A stretch of 64,000 bases of DNA from an uncultured bacterium (GCA_963695095.1 CAVOFT010000001.1:800001-864000), one strand, 5' to 3'; positions 19,362 through 30,332 are shown, counted from the first letter of the stretch. Numbers and translations are program-made. The notes: generated by a model not told the origin, from the sequence alone.

Positions 19362-21575
19362 CTAGGGTTTTTCCTCGGGCTCCGCTTCCTTCGGCTCGAA
19401 TTCCAGCTCGGGCGAGTCCAGCAGGTCGCCGATGAACAGGCTCGCGTTGCGTACGAAAAAGACCACGGGCAAGTCGCCGGCCAGGCTCTCCATGCGCTCG
19501 GCGAGCGCCGCTTCCTGGCCCGGCGGGGGACTGGCCAGGCCCAGGAAGACGCCTTCCGCCTCGCCGCTCTCCTGCTGGATCAGCTGGGCCACGGGCACCT
19601 CGCGGGGCTTGATCAGCACCTTGACCTCGACGTCCATGCGGATGTTCGGCAGCAGCTGGGCGAGGCGCCGATCGGTCTGCTGCTTGGCGGTCTCGCTCGA
19701 GGCGATGCTGAGCACCTTCACGCGGGCGCCCTGCCAGTCGCGATTGTGCTGGAGCAGGTAGGCGAGCAGCAGCATGAGGTCGCTGTTGCGCTCCTGGCCG
19801 CCCCACCAGACGTGGATCTCCCGGCGCTCGCGCGAGAACTGATGGCGAGGCCGGATGCGGCCCAGGATCACCGACTTGTGCAGGATCTCCAGCTTGTGCA
19901 CGACCCGCAGGAAGTCGGCGCGCAAGCCGGGGTGGCTCGGCCAGCCCAGGAGGATGGTGTTGGAGGAGAGCCCGGCCATGCCGTTGGCCTGGGCGACGTC
20001 CACGATGCCCTCGACGAGATCCTGCACCACGTCGATCTCGGCGAAGACGGCCAGCTTCTCGGCGTCGAGCACTTCCTGCATGGCCAGGCGCCGCTCGCGC
20101 AGGTCCTCGCTGAGAGCGCCCAGATCGCCGACGAGGAGGTTGCAGACGGTCACCACGCCCCGGCCCTGGCTGAACCAGTTGCCGTAGCGCACCAGGTCCA
20201 ATTCCCTCACCGGCTCGCTCACGAAGATGAGCACGTGGGGCCGCCAGTTGCGGCCGCTCAGCGTCCGCTGCGAGAGCTTGATCAGGGCCCAGCGAATGAG
20301 GTTCTCGTAGAGCCCGCGCCGGGCGTCGCCCCAGCGGGCCTGCTGCGCGCGCCGTGACAGCAGCTGCCAGAGGCCGACCTCCGCCAGCACCGCGGCCGCG
20401 CCGATCGCAGGGCTGATGAGCACCATGCAGGCCAGGCAGCCCAGGCCGCCGGCCAGGTAGACCAGCCAGTGCGCGCGAATGCGCGGCCGCCAGGAGGGAT
20501 CGCCGCTGAGCACCTCGAAGGCCGCCACCAGGTTCACCGTGCCGTAGACGGTCAGGAAGAACATCGAGACGGCCGCTGCCACCGCGTTGAGGTTGCCCAG
20601 CAGCACGGCGGCCAGGGCGATGGCCACGGACACGACGAGCCCGGGCAGGATGTCCGGCAGGCGGCCGGGGGCGCGCAGCAGCAGGCGTGGGGCGATGCCG
20701 TCCCTGGCCAGCGCTTGCAGGGTGCGCGGCGCCGCCAGGATGGAGCCCACCGCCGAGGAGAAGATGGCCGCCCAGAGCCCGGGCAGGATGAGCAGCGGGC
20801 CCAGCGGCGCGATGCGCGCCCAGATCAGGGGATCCTCGCGCAGGGCAGCAGGCGCGGCGCCCAGGGCGAGCAGCACGGGCACGATCATGTAGACGATGAA
20901 GCCTGCTGCCACGGCCGTGAGCGAGCCCAGCGGAATGGCGCGCGCCGGATCCTTGAGGTCGCCGGAGAGCCCCAGCCCGGCCATCACGCCCGTCACCGCC
21001 GGGAAGAAGATGGCGAAGCCGGCCCAGAAGCCGAGCTCGTCGAGAGGCGGGTTGAGAATGATGTCCTGGGCGACTTCCTGACGGAGCACCCCGATGGTCA
21101 GCGCGATCAGGGAGACGCCCACCAGGCCCATCAGCACCACCTGCGAGCGCAGGGCGCGCTCGGCGCCAGCCAGGGCCAGGCCGCTCACGGCCAGGATCAC
21201 GCCGGCGGTCACCGGACCCAGGGGCAGCGTGGGCCAGAGGATGCGCATCGACTCGGCCAGGCCGTAGGCGTAGAGCGTCACCGATAGCACCTGGCTGAGG
21301 TAGAGCGGCACGCCGATGGCGCCGCCCAGCTCCCAGCCCAGGCTGCGCGAGATGATGAAGTAGGCGCCGCCGGCGCCCACGCGCGTGTTGGTCGCCACGG
21401 CCGAGAAGGCCAGGGTGGTCACGACGGTGATGGAGTTGGCGAGCAGCACCACGACGAGCACCCGCAGCAGGCCGAGCTGGCCGACCAGCCAGCCGAAGCG
21501 CAGGTACATGATGACGCCGAGGATGGTCAGGATCGTCGGCGTGAAGACGCCGATGAAGGTGCCGAGCTTCTTCAT
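19362..21575 (-). CDS. cation-chloride cotransporter (SLC12/CCC-like APC permease)
   Basis: GVFTP.ILTILGVIMYLR, GGAYFIISRSLG, FFPAVTG, NWRP and IHVWW..N..LMLLLAYLL. Confidence 0.85.
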   Translation of the reverse strand: MKKLGTFIGVFTPTILTILGVIMYLRFGWLVGQLGLLRVLVVVLLANSITVVTTLAFSAVATNTRVGAGGAYFIISRSLGWELGGAIGVPLYLSQVLSVTLYAYGLAESMRILWPTLPLGPVTAGVILAVSGLALAGAERALRSQVVLMGLVGVSLIALTIGVLRQEVAQDIILNPPLDELGFWAGFAIFFPAVTGVMAGLGLSGDLKDPARAIPLGSLTAVAAGFIVYMIVPVLLALGAAPAALREDPLIWARIAPLGPLLILPGLWAAIFSSAVGSILAAPRTLQALARDGIAPRLLLRAPGRLPDILPGLVVSVAIALAAVLLGNLNAVAAAVSMFFLTVYGTVNLVAAFEVLSGDPSWRPRIRAHWLVYLAGGLGCLACMVLISPAIGAAAVLAEVGLWQLLSRRAQQARWGDARRGLYENLIRWALIKLSQRTLSGRNWRPHVLIFVSEPVRELDLVRYGNWFSQGRGVVTVCNLLVGDLGALSEDLRERRLAMQEVLDAEKLAVFAEIDVVQDLVEGIVDVAQANGMAGLSSNTILLGWPSHPGLRADFLRVVHKLEILHKSVILGRIRPRHQFSRERREIHVWWGGQERNSDLMLLLAYLLQHNRDWQGARVKVLSIASSETAKQQTDRRLAQLLPNIRMDVEVKVLIKPREVPVAQLIQQESGEAEGVFLGLASPPPGQEAALAERMESLAGDLPVVFFVRNASLFIGDLLDSPELEFEPKEAEPEEKP

Positions 21576-22520
21576 GCATCAGCCCCGGGTGCGGCGGCGC
21601 GGGCGCCTGGCTTGCCTTCCAGGCGATTGTCGTAGTAGCGCACGGTGGGGTAGGCGAAGTCGATGTCGGTCTCGGCCGCGAAGCAGGCGAGGATCTCCTC
21701 CCAGAGCGCTTCCTCGGTGGCGCGGCGCCGGCGCGGCTCGGTGATGTAGCGCACGGTCAGCGTGACGCCGACATCCACGACGGAAGTCCAGACGACCGGC
21801 GTCAGGTGCTGGAAGTGGATCATGTAGTCGCGCGCAGCCCGGCGCACCTGTTCCTGGGCCGCCTCCGAGGCGCAGCAGGGCCTGCCGCTGAGCGATCTCG
21901 CCCAGGAGCTGCTTGGCCTTGCGCCAGTCGCTCTCGAAGGTGACCGTGACCGGCAGCTCGTTCCAGATGAAGTCGAATCCCTTCGTGTAGTTGGCCGTGC
22001 TGTGCCGGAAGACCCAGCCGTTGGGCAGGTGGATGATGCGCCCCGTGCTCTGCTCCGCGTGCACCCAGTTGCCGATCTCCATCAGCGAGAACTGGAAGAG
22101 GCGCAGGTCGATGACGTCGCCGCGGTGGCCGCCGATCTCGATGCGATCCCCCACGACGAAGGGCTTGCGGATCGCCAGGAAGATCCAGCCGGCCAGATTG
22201 ACCACCGGATCCTGGAGGGCGATGGCCAGGCCCGCCGACACGATGCCGAGGTAGGCCGCCCAGCCGGTGAGGTTGCCGAACCACGCGATGAGCAGCGCCA
22301 CGGTCAGGCCGAAGCCCAGCAGATACTGGAAGGACTTGGTGAGGATGTAGCGGCGGGAGACGTCGGCGACGCGGCGGTGCAGCAGGTAGCTGATGGCCAG
22401 GCGCAAGCTCAGGTAGAGGACGAGGGCCAGCGCACTGAGTGCCAGCTTGGTCAGCAGTGGCCTGGATACGCCCAGCGTGGCGGCGAACCAGTCGGCGATA
22501 CCCTGGGTGTAGGCGTCCAT
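21572..22520 (-). CDS. mscS: MscS-family mechanosensitive channel (frameshift ~21868)
   Basis: [30 protein letters not shown]; the C-terminus (IDFAYPT) is in the 21572..21847 frame. Confidence 0.8.
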
Positions 22521-22603
22521 CGCGCTCCTGCCCGCGGCCGCAAGGGGGACCGTCGAGGCAGACTAGACGCTGCCGGGGAGCGATACAAGCAGAAGGAGAC
22601 GGC

Positions 22604-23848
22604 TCAGCCGGGGTGCTTGACGGTGGGCGGCTCGGCGGGGCTGTGGTCGAGGATCGCGTCCGGGGCCGACGCCGCGCCCTCGGCGATGGGACCGGCCAGC
22701 GGCACCCAGAAGCTGAAGGTGGAGCCCTCGCCGTAGACGCTCTCCACCGCGATGCGCCCGCCGTGCAGGTGCAGGTAGTGGCGGGCGATGTCGAGCCCCA
22801 GGCCGACGCCGCCCTCGAGCATGGCCAGCGCCTCGTGCGTCTGGTGGAAGCTCTCGAAGATGGCCTGCTGGTTCTCGGGCTTGATGCCGATGCCGTTGTC
22901 CTTGACGCTCACGCAGAGCTCCGTGCCATCGACACGGGCGCTGACGCGCACGCGGCCGCCGGCCTCGGTGTACTTGACCCCGTTGGTGAGCAGATTCCAG
23001 AGCACCTGCTGGATGCGGAAGGGATCCATGTGGACGCGGGGCAGGGCCGGCAGCGGGTCCAGCTCCAGCCGGACCTGCTTCTTGTCCGCCCGCACCTTCA
23101 CGGTGCCGATGGCCTCGTGGATCACGGTCGCGGGATCCGACCAGCTCAGGTTCAGCCGCGTGTGATCGGTGCCGAAGCGGCTCAGCTCCATGAGGTCCTC
23201 GATGAGCTGCAGCAGCTTGCTGCTCTGATCGTGGACGACATGGCTGAACTCGGTGCGGATATCGAGCGGCAGATTCTCGTCCTCGAGTTGCTCGGAGTAG
23301 GCGATGACGCTGGTGAGCGGGGTCTTCAGCTCGTGGCTGACCTTGGCGAGGAACTCCAGCTTGCGCTTGGTGCTCTCCAGGAGCTTTTCGTTGGAGCGAC
23401 GCAGCTCGTCGACGGCGTGATCGCGCTGGGTCATGTAGTTGGCGGCGATGCCGTCCTTGCCCTTGCCGAGGATCGAGACCAGCCGCGTCAGGTTCTCGGC
23501 CAGCTCCTCGGGCGCGCTCTGGGCCACGATCAGCTCCCAGAGCGTCTCGCTGACCATGTTGAGGGTCAGCAGGCTGTCCTCGATCGGCAGCCCCTGCTCG
23601 GCATTGCGCTCGCTCGCGTAATCGAGGAAAAAGGTGAAGAGGAAGTCGTCCTCGTAGCGCAGCGACTGGACGATGGGGTCGATGTGCCGCCAGGCCAGGG
23701 CGCGCAGGCCGTCGAAGTCGAACTGATCGAAGGCGCAGCGGCCGGAATTCCGGAAACGGCGGGCCACGGCCTCCTGGAGCGCCTCCGCGTTCCCGTCGAT
23801 GATCTGCAACAAGCCCTTGCCGGTGTCCATCCTGCCGTCCATGTTCAC
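22604..23848 (-). CDS. soluble sensor histidine kinase (HisKA + HATPase_c)
   Basis: [34 protein letters not shown] and GEGSTF; no TM segment; start uncertain. Confidence 0.9.
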   Translation of the reverse strand: MNMDGRMDTGKGLLQIIDGNAEALQEAVARRFRNSGRCAFDQFDFDGLRALAWRHIDPIVQSLRYEDDFLFTFFLDYASERNAEQGLPIEDSLLTLNMVSETLWELIVAQSAPEELAENLTRLVSILGKGKDGIAANYMTQRDHAVDELRRSNEKLLESTKRKLEFLAKVSHELKTPLTSVIAYSEQLEDENLPLDIRTEFSHVVHDQSSKLLQLIEDLMELSRFGTDHTRLNLSWSDPATVIHEAIGTVKVRADKKQVRLELDPLPALPRVHMDPFRIQQVLWNLLTNGVKYTEAGGRVRVSARVDGTELCVSVKDNGIGIKPENQQAIFESFHQTHEALAMLEGGVGLGLDIARHYLHLHGGRIAVESVYGEGSTFSFWVPLAGPIAEGAASAPDAILDHSPAEPPTVKHPG

Positions 23849-23998
23849 TGCCGGCGCGGGGTCCGTCGCATCCCGCGGCGGTGCGTGCTACCTTCTGCTT
23901 TCCGATGGCGGCCCTGGCGGCGCTTCGCGCCGGGTGCCCAGTCCGGCCGCCGGAGGGGGATTGCATCCCGCGTACCGAAATCCCGAGGGAGCGTGAAG

Positions 23999-24478
23999 AT
24001 GTCCGAGCTGTCACATACCGGACCCGGCGGCGAGGCCCGCATGGTGGACGTCGGCGACAAGGCGGTCACGGCGCGAGGCGCCCGGGCCGAGGCCTGCCTG
24101 CGCCTGGGCGCGGCCGCCTGGCAGGCCCTCGTCGAGAACCGCGCCGCCAAGGGCGACGTGCTCGCCGTGGCCCGCGTGGCCGGCATCCAGGCCGCCAAGC
24201 GCACGGCCGAGCTGATCCCGCTCTGCCATCCCCTCGGCCTGGACACGGTCGGCGTGGACTTCAGCCTGGACGCGGCGGCCGGCGAGCTGCGCATCGAGGG
24301 CCGTGCCGCCTGCCGTGGCCGCACGGGGGTGGAGATGGAGGCGCTCACCGCCGTCAGCGTGGCGGCGCTCACCGTCTACGACATGCTCAAGGCCGTGGAG
24401 AAGGGCATCGTGATCGGGCCCATCCGCCTGCTCGAGAAGTGGGGCGGCGCCAGCGGCGACTGGCGGGCCGAGCCGTGA
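23999..24478 (+). CDS. moaC: cyclic pyranopterin monophosphate synthase
   Basis: [33 protein letters not shown] and YDMLKA. Confidence 0.95.
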   Translation: MSELSHTGPGGEARMVDVGDKAVTARGARAEACLRLGAAAWQALVENRAAKGDVLAVARVAGIQAAKRTAELIPLCHPLGLDTVGVDFSLDAAAGELRIEGRAACRGRTGVEMEALTAVSVAALTVYDMLKAVEKGIVIGPIRLLEKWGGASGDWRAEP

Positions 24479-25731
24479 GGCGGGACATCGCCGTCGCCGA
24501 GGCGAAGGCGCTGATCGCCGCGGCCCTGCCGGCTCCGCGCGTCCAGCGGGTGGCGCTTGCGCGGGCCCGGGGCCGGGTGCTCGCTGCCGATCTGCGCGCC
24601 GCCGAGGACCTGCCGGCCTTCGTGAGCAGCGCCATGGACGGCTACGCCGTGCGCGCGACCGAGGTCGCCGGCGCCAGCGCCGCCGCGCCGGTCCTGCTGC
24701 CCCTGGCCGGCGAGATCGCCGCCGGCCGATGGCGCGACATTCCCTGGCCGGCCGGCAGCGTGCTCCGCATCATGACGGGCGCGCCGGCGCCTGTCGGCTG
24801 CGATGGCGTCGTGCCGGTGGAACTGGCCGAGGAGACGCCGGCCGGCGTCCGCCTGCGGGCCGATCTCGACGCCACCGGCAGCAACCTGCGCGCGGCGGGC
24901 GAGGACCTGCGCGCCGGCGCGCCGCTCCTCGCGGCCGGCAGCCTGCTCGGCCCCGCCGCGCTGGCCCTGCTCGCCGCCCAGGGCGTGTCGCGCCTGCCGG
25001 TCTGGCAGCTGCCGCGGGTGAGCTTCCTGGCCACCGGCGATGAGCTGGTGGCCCCGGGCCAGCGCCCCGCGCCCGGGCAGATCCGCAACAGCAACGGACC
25101 CGCCGCCCTGGCCCTCCTGGCCGAGAGCGGCTTCCCCGCTCGCGACCTGGGCATCGCCCCGGATGCGCCCGGCTCACTGCGCGCGCTGCTGGGAGAGGCT
25201 CTGGCCGGCAGCGACCTGCTCATCACCTCGGGTGGCGTCTCGATGGGCCGCCACGACGCGGTCGCCGCCCTCCTCGTGGAGCTGGGCGCGGAATGGCGCT
25301 TTCACCGCGTGCGCCAGCAGCCGGGCAAGCCGCTGGCCTTTCTCGTCTGGCAGGGGCGGCCGGTCTTCGGCCTGCCGGGCAATCCCGTCTCCACCTTCAT
25401 GACCCTCTGGTACTACGTGCTGCCGGCGCTGCGGCGGATGGCAGGCCACCCCCGGCCCGAGCCGGCCGGCGTGTCGGCCCGGCTGACGGCGCCCCTGCGC
25501 GGCCGTCCCGATCGGCAGCTCTTCGTCCGCGCTCGCCTGGAATGGGGGGAGACAGGCTGGCAGGCCACGCCGCGGCCGCCGCATGGCAGCCATGTGCTGA
25601 GCAGTCTGGCGGCCGCGAACGCCTTCGTCATCGTGCCGGCCGGGACCCGCGAACTCGCCGCGGGCGCCGCGCTGAGGACCGCCTGGCTGGCCCCGCCGCC
25701 CGCTGGGGTCGAGGACGGCGCGCTGGGGTAG
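24475..25731 (+). CDS. moeA: molybdopterin molybdotransferase
   Basis: [33 protein letters not shown] and LPGNPVS; GTGA overlap with moaC. Confidence 0.9.
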   Translation: MRRDIAVAEAKALIAAALPAPRVQRVALARARGRVLAADLRAAEDLPAFVSSAMDGYAVRATEVAGASAAAPVLLPLAGEIAAGRWRDIPWPAGSVLRIMTGAPAPVGCDGVVPVELAEETPAGVRLRADLDATGSNLRAAGEDLRAGAPLLAAGSLLGPAALALLAAQGVSRLPVWQLPRVSFLATGDELVAPGQRPAPGQIRNSNGPAALALLAESGFPARDLGIAPDAPGSLRALLGEALAGSDLLITSGGVSMGRHDAVAALLVELGAEWRFHRVRQQPGKPLAFLVWQGRPVFGLPGNPVSTFMTLWYYVLPALRRMAGHPRPEPAGVSARLTAPLRGRPDRQLFVRARLEWGETGWQATPRPPHGSHVLSSLAAANAFVIVPAGTRELAAGAALRTAWLAPPPAGVEDGALG

Positions 25732-25736
25732 GTCCC

Positions 25737-25781
25737 AAAAAAAACCTGCAGGAGCTCAACGAATGCTGAGGCCCCCGCAGG
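25737..25781 (-). terminator. putative intrinsic terminator for the minus-strand PTS IIA/zinc-ribbon operon
   Basis: Imperfect cctgc...gcagg stem followed by T8 on the minus strand. Confidence 0.45.
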
Positions 25782-25824
25782 AGGGTGAGAGAAAGCTATA
25801 CGCTACCAGAACCCCCAAACCCTG

Positions 25825-26187
25825 TCAAGTGCCCCGGGGCCAGTAGAAGATGCGCCCGCAATTCTCGCACTGGAGAATGCGGTCGCGGTTCTCGGCGGAC
25901 GTATAACTCGTTGGAATGATTGCAAAACAGCCGAGGCAGACGTCCCCGGTGATGGGGACCACAGCCCGCCCCAGCCGGCCCAGGATCCGCTCGTAGCGGT
26001 TGAGCAGGAGGCGGTCGATGCTCTCGGCCAGCTCCTTGCGCGCGCGGCGCAGGTCCTCGACCCCTTCGAGGGGGAAGCCCATCGCCGTCAGCTTGTCCGC
26101 GTGCACCTTGTCCTCGGCCTCGCGGATCATGGTGTCCAAATCTTGCAAAGCCACGAGGAGCAGGAGCTGTTCGTTGAGGCTCGGCAC
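25825..26187 (-). CDS. C4 zinc-ribbon protein (short DUF164/CT398-like)
   Basis: N-terminal L..LQDLD, 'YERI', CLGC...CENCGRI. Confidence 0.7.
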   Translation of the reverse strand: MPSLNEQLLLLVALQDLDTMIREAEDKVHADKLTAMGFPLEGVEDLRRARKELAESIDRLLLNRYERILGRLGRAVVPITGDVCLGCFAIIPTSYTSAENRDRILQCENCGRIFYWPRGT

Positions 26188-26651
26188 TAGTCTTCCCCCA
26201 GGATGAGCTTGCGGAAGTCCGCGAAGGACTTGACGGCCAGCAGCTGCTGGCGGGTCGGCTCGTCGCGGATCATCTCCACGACCTGGCCCAGGGCGGGCAG
26301 GTAGCGGTTCTCCTTCTCGACGGGTGGGGCGATGAACATGAAGAAGAGATGGACGGGCTTGCCGTCGATGGCGCCGTAGTCGACGCCCTTGGCCGAGCGG
26401 GCGAACAGGGCCATCAGGGTCGGGATGGCCAGCGAGCGCCCATGCGGGAAAGCGACGCCCTGCCCGAGGCCCGTGCTGCCCAGGCTCTCCCGGTTCTTCA
26501 GCATGCCGAGGATCACGTCGCGATCGCGGATCACCCCGGCCTTGACGGCATGGTCGACCATCTCCTGCAGCACGCCATCGCGGTCGCGTCCCTTCAGATC
26601 CGCGATGAAGAGCTGCTCGTTGAACAGGGTGATCAGTTCATCGTGATTCAT
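26187..26651 (-). CDS. PTS EIIA (fructose/mannitol/Ntr type)
   Basis: RE.LGSTG.G.GVAFPH phospho-His motif; 'D..PVHLFF'. Confidence 0.85.
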   Translation of the reverse strand: MNHDELITLFNEQLFIADLKGRDRDGVLQEMVDHAVKAGVIRDRDVILGMLKNRESLGSTGLGQGVAFPHGRSLAIPTLMALFARSAKGVDYGAIDGKPVHLFFMFIAPPVEKENRYLPALGQVVEMIRDEPTRQQLLAVKSFADFRKLILGED

Positions 26652-26841
26652 CGAGTCGTCACCTTTCTTGCCGCCGACGCGCATCGCCCCGGCCTGGGCT
26701 GGGACCCCGGCCAAGCTCGAACGAGACAATGCAGATGCGGGGACCTTGAATCCCAGCACACGCTAGCAAATCGTGACGCTTGTAACAAGGGGGGACCCGT
26801 GGACTTTCCGGCCCGGTGGCGGTCTGTGCTAGAGTCCCCGC

Positions 26842-27813
26842 ATGGTGAAAGTCGATCTGCTCGGCCCCGATGCCGAGGAACGCCTGGAGGGCCGGGTCCT
26901 GCGCGCCGAGAGCGGGCGCTTCCTGGTGGATCTGGGCGAGATGCGGGTGCCCTGCAGCCTGCGGGGGCGCATCCGCAAGCAGCGCCTGCAGCAGGTGCGC
27001 AACGTCGTGGCGGGCGACCGCGTCCTCGTCCGCCTCACGGGCAGCCTGCCCCATCCCGAGGCCGAGGGCGTCATCGAGGACCTGCTGCCCCGCCAGAACC
27101 AGCTCTCGCGGGCGGAAGCAGCCGGCGCCCGCCGGGAGCAGGTGCTGATGGCGAACCTGGACCGCGTCTTCCTGGTGATGGCCGCCGCCCAGCCCGAGTT
27201 CAACCCCCGCCTGCTGGACCGCTTCCTGGTCGCCCTGGCCCACCAGGAGCTGGAGGGAGTGCTCGTCCTCAACAAGTGCGACCTGGCGAGCCTGGCCGAG
27301 CGCCTGCAGATGGTGCTCCCCTACCGCAGCGCCGGCTATCGGGTGCTGATGACCAGCGCCGCCACGGGCGAGGGCTGCGAGCGCCTGGCCGAGGCGATGC
27401 AGGGACGCGTGAGCCTGGTGCTCGGCCCCTCCGGCGCGGGCAAGAGCAGTCTCCTGCGCCGGGTGCAGCCGGGTCTGGAGATCTGCGTGCGCGACGTGAG
27501 CGCGATCACCGGCAAGGGTCGCCATGCGACGAGCTACACGGAGCTGCATCCCCTGACAGCCGGCGGCTGGGTCGCGGATTCCCCCGGGGTGCGCGAGTTC
27601 GGGCTCTGGGGGCTGGCCCCGCGCGATCTGGCCGCTTGCTTCCCCGAGTTCCGGCCCCATCTGGGGGCTTGCCACTACGCCGATTGCAGCCATTCCCACG
27701 AGCCGGACTGCAGCCTGCGCCAGGCCGTCGAAGAGCGAGCGGTCGATCCGCGGCGCTACGAGAGCTACCTGCGCATCCTGGAGTCGATCAAGGCGGGGAA
27801 ACTCGGGCTGTGA
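26842..27813 (+). CDS. rsgA: ribosome small subunit-dependent GTPase A
   Basis: NKCD, GPSGAGKSS, GRHAT, DSPG and the C-terminal zinc finger CHYADCSHSHEPDC. Confidence 0.92.
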   Translation: MVKVDLLGPDAEERLEGRVLRAESGRFLVDLGEMRVPCSLRGRIRKQRLQQVRNVVAGDRVLVRLTGSLPHPEAEGVIEDLLPRQNQLSRAEAAGARREQVLMANLDRVFLVMAAAQPEFNPRLLDRFLVALAHQELEGVLVLNKCDLASLAERLQMVLPYRSAGYRVLMTSAATGEGCERLAEAMQGRVSLVLGPSGAGKSSLLRRVQPGLEICVRDVSAITGKGRHATSYTELHPLTAGGWVADSPGVREFGLWGLAPRDLAACFPEFRPHLGACHYADCSHSHEPDCSLRQAVEERAVDPRRYESYLRILESIKAGKLGL

Positions 27814-27818
27814 GCCGC

Positions 27819-28937
27819 CTAGCGGCCGGGCAGGATGGCCGACAGGAAGTTTTCCCAGAGCGCGAGCAGGCGGGCATTCAGGGCCGGCGCGAGCGTGAGC
27901 AGCATGGCCTCCAGCCCGAGCAGGCCGGCGACCAGCGCCGCCGCGAGCACCGGCTTGTGCAGGCGCGCCCTGACCCGCGCGCGCAGGGAGGGACGCGTGG
28001 CGTCCAGGGTCGATTTCTTCAGCACGACGCGATAGTGATTGGGGTCGCTCAGGTACTGCTGCACGCGCTCATCCGGATGGTGGATGCCGAGCCGCTCGAG
28101 CACCGTGTGGAGGTCGGCGATCAGGGCGTTGCCGTTGGAGAAGCGCAGGGAGCGGTCGCGCTGCAGGCAGGTCATCACCAGGTTGTCGACGAAGACGGGC
28201 ACGTCCTCGCGCAGGCGCGAAGGCAGTTCGACCCGGCAGTTGAGGATCTCGCGGAAGACCTCGTCGCTGCTGCTGCCGATGAAGGGCGTGCGCGAGGTGA
28301 GCAGCTGGTAGAGCACGATGCCGAAGGAGAAGAGGTCGCTGCGCGCATCCAGGGTGGCGCCCTGCACCTGCTCCGGTGACATGTAGAGCGGCGTGCCGGC
28401 CGGATGCGAGTTCTTGCCCTTGTTGCGCTGCGTGTCGACCAGGCGGGCGAGGCCGAAGTCGGCCACCTTCACCGCGCCCTCGCGGTTGAGCAGGATGTTC
28501 GCGGGCTTGATGTCCAGGTGCAGGACATGGTGGTCGTGCACGTAGGCGAGGCCGCGGGCGGTGAAGTAGGCGATGGCCAGGGCGACGTCGAGCGGCAGGC
28601 TCTCGGCGCGCTCGAGCAGATCGCGCAGCGAACCGCCGCGCACGTACTCCATCACGAAGTAGTAGTAGCTGTCCTGCTCGCCGAAATCGATGATCTGGAC
28701 GATGTTCGGGTGCTCGAGCCGGGCGAGCAGGCGGGCTTCCTCCGCGAAACGGCGGCGGAACTCCTCCTGGGCCGAGAGCTGGCGCCGGAGCACCTTGATG
28801 ACCACGTCGCGGTCCAGGGAGTTCTGGCGCGCGAGAAAGATGCGCGCAGCGCCGCCCGTCGCCAGGGGGCGCTTCATCGTGTAGTTCTCCCCCAGCTGGA
28901 CATGGGGCATTGGTTTTTCGACGGTTTCGGTAGTCAT
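27819..28937 (-). CDS. Hanks-type Ser/Thr protein kinase with C-terminal TM segment
   Basis: VVIK, HPNIV, HLDIKPANI, DFGLA, GTPLYMSPEQ and SDLFSFG. Confidence 0.9.
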   Translation of the reverse strand: MTTETVEKPMPHVQLGENYTMKRPLATGGAARIFLARQNSLDRDVVIKVLRRQLSAQEEFRRRFAEEARLLARLEHPNIVQIIDFGEQDSYYYFVMEYVRGGSLRDLLERAESLPLDVALAIAYFTARGLAYVHDHHVLHLDIKPANILLNREGAVKVADFGLARLVDTQRNKGKNSHPAGTPLYMSPEQVQGATLDARSDLFSFGIVLYQLLTSRTPFIGSSSDEVFREILNCRVELPSRLREDVPVFVDNLVMTCLQRDRSLRFSNGNALIADLHTVLERLGIHHPDERVQQYLSDPNHYRVVLKKSTLDATRPSLRARVRARLHKPVLAAALVAGLLGLEAMLLTLAPALNARLLALWENFLSAILPGR

Positions 28938-29131
28938 CTCGTCAGCAAAGGTCAAAAGGCGTGCCAGGCAAGCTGGGGACATCCGCGGCCGCGCCGAGGC
29001 AGTTTGCACCCTGATGAGGCCGCCTTGACGACGCATCTTGCGCCGTGCTATTACCACCTTGAGATCCGATCCGACCGTCTTTTTCCCAGTTGCGGGCGGG
29101 GAGGGCTGCCACTTCTGCAAGGGAGCCAGCA

Positions 29132-29335
29132 TTGCGTGTTACCGGGAAGGTGAAGTGGTTCGACGGCGCCAAGGGCTACGGGTTCATCACGCGAGACGAG
29201 GGCGGCGACGTCTTCGTCCATTTCTCGCAGATCCAGGGCGAGGGTTTTCGCTCGCTCAGCGAGGGCCAGGCCGTGGAGTTCGAGGTCCAGGAGGGACCGA
29301 AGGGTCCGCTGGCCGTCGAAGTCAAACCCGCCTGA
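29132..29335 (+). CDS. cold-shock protein (CspA family)
   Basis: GKVKWF..KGYGFI..DVFVHFS; TTG start after AAGGGAG. Confidence 0.92.
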   Translation: MRVTGKVKWFDGAKGYGFITRDEGGDVFVHFSQIQGEGFRSLSEGQAVEFEVQEGPKGPLAVEVKPA

Positions 29336-29375
29336 GTCCACCGTCCTCGCTGGGGGCCGACGGCGAGGTTCGTCC

Positions 29376-30251
29376 GTGAGCGCCGCGGACTTCGTCCTCA
29401 TCGACGATCGCCTCCTGCCGGCCGCCGAGGCCTGCCTGCCCGTCAGCGATCGCGGCTTCCTCTACGGCGATGCCGTCTACGAGACCTTGCGCAGCTATGG
29501 CGGCCGCCCCTTCCTGCTGGCTGCCCACCTGGAGCGTCTCGCGCGCTCGGCGCGCGCCATCTACCTGGAGCTGCCCTGGCCGGCCGCCGAGCTCGGTGCC
29601 CGGCTCGCCCGTCTGCTGGCCGCCAATCGCATCGACGCCGGGCGCCTGCGCATCACCGTGACGCGCGGCGAGGGCGACCTGCGCGCCCGCCCCGAGCAGC
29701 TCGGACCGCCGCGCCTGGTGATGACGGCCGAGCCCTTCGTCCCCCCGCCCGCAGCGCTCTATGCGCAGGGCGTGCCGGTGGAAATCGCAGCCCGCCCGCG
29801 CAATCTGCCCGGTGCGCTGGACCCGGCCATCAAGAGCGGCAATCTGCTCAATACCCTGCTGGCCCGCTTCGAGATGCGTGCGCCGGACAGCTTCGAAGTG
29901 ATCATGCTCAACCACCGGGGCGAGCTGGGCGAGGCCTCCTTGGCCAATCTCTTTCTCGTCGATGCCGCGGGCGTCCTGCGCACGCCGGCCCTGGCGAGCG
30001 GCATCCTGGCGGGGATCACCCGCGGCCTCGTGCTCGAGCTGGCGCGGGCCGAGGGCCTCGAGGTGCGGGAAGGGCCGCTGGCGCCGGTCGCCCTCTTCGA
30101 AGCGCATGAGGCCTTTCTGACGGCGAGCACCCTGGAGATCATGCCCATCGCCAGCGTGGATGGCCGCCCGCTCGTCGCGGCCGCCGGCCCCTTGACGCGC
30201 CGCTTGCAGGCGCGCTATCGCGACCGGGTGGCCGCCGAGCTCGGCGCCTGA
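29376..30251 (+). CDS. class IV PLP aminotransferase (IlvE/Dat/PabC family)
   Basis: DRGFLYGD.VYET, HLERL, IKSGN, GE...ANLF and L.GITR. Confidence 0.88.
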   Translation: MSAADFVLIDDRLLPAAEACLPVSDRGFLYGDAVYETLRSYGGRPFLLAAHLERLARSARAIYLELPWPAAELGARLARLLAANRIDAGRLRITVTRGEGDLRARPEQLGPPRLVMTAEPFVPPPAALYAQGVPVEIAARPRNLPGALDPAIKSGNLLNTLLARFEMRAPDSFEVIMLNHRGELGEASLANLFLVDAAGVLRTPALASGILAGITRGLVLELARAEGLEVREGPLAPVALFEAHEAFLTASTLEIMPIASVDGRPLVAAAGPLTRRLQARYRDRVAAELGA

Positions 30252-30265
30252 GCCCCACAAAGCGA

Positions 30266-30291
30266 GACCCCGCCCGATGAGGGGCGGGGTC
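30266..30291. terminator. hairpin between convergent genes (probable terminator)
   Basis: 10-bp stem gaccccgccc / gggcggggtc. Confidence 0.55.
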
Positions 30292-30332
30292 GCTAGGGAA
30301 GGCCGGCGCGCCTGATCGCGCGGTAAACTCGC

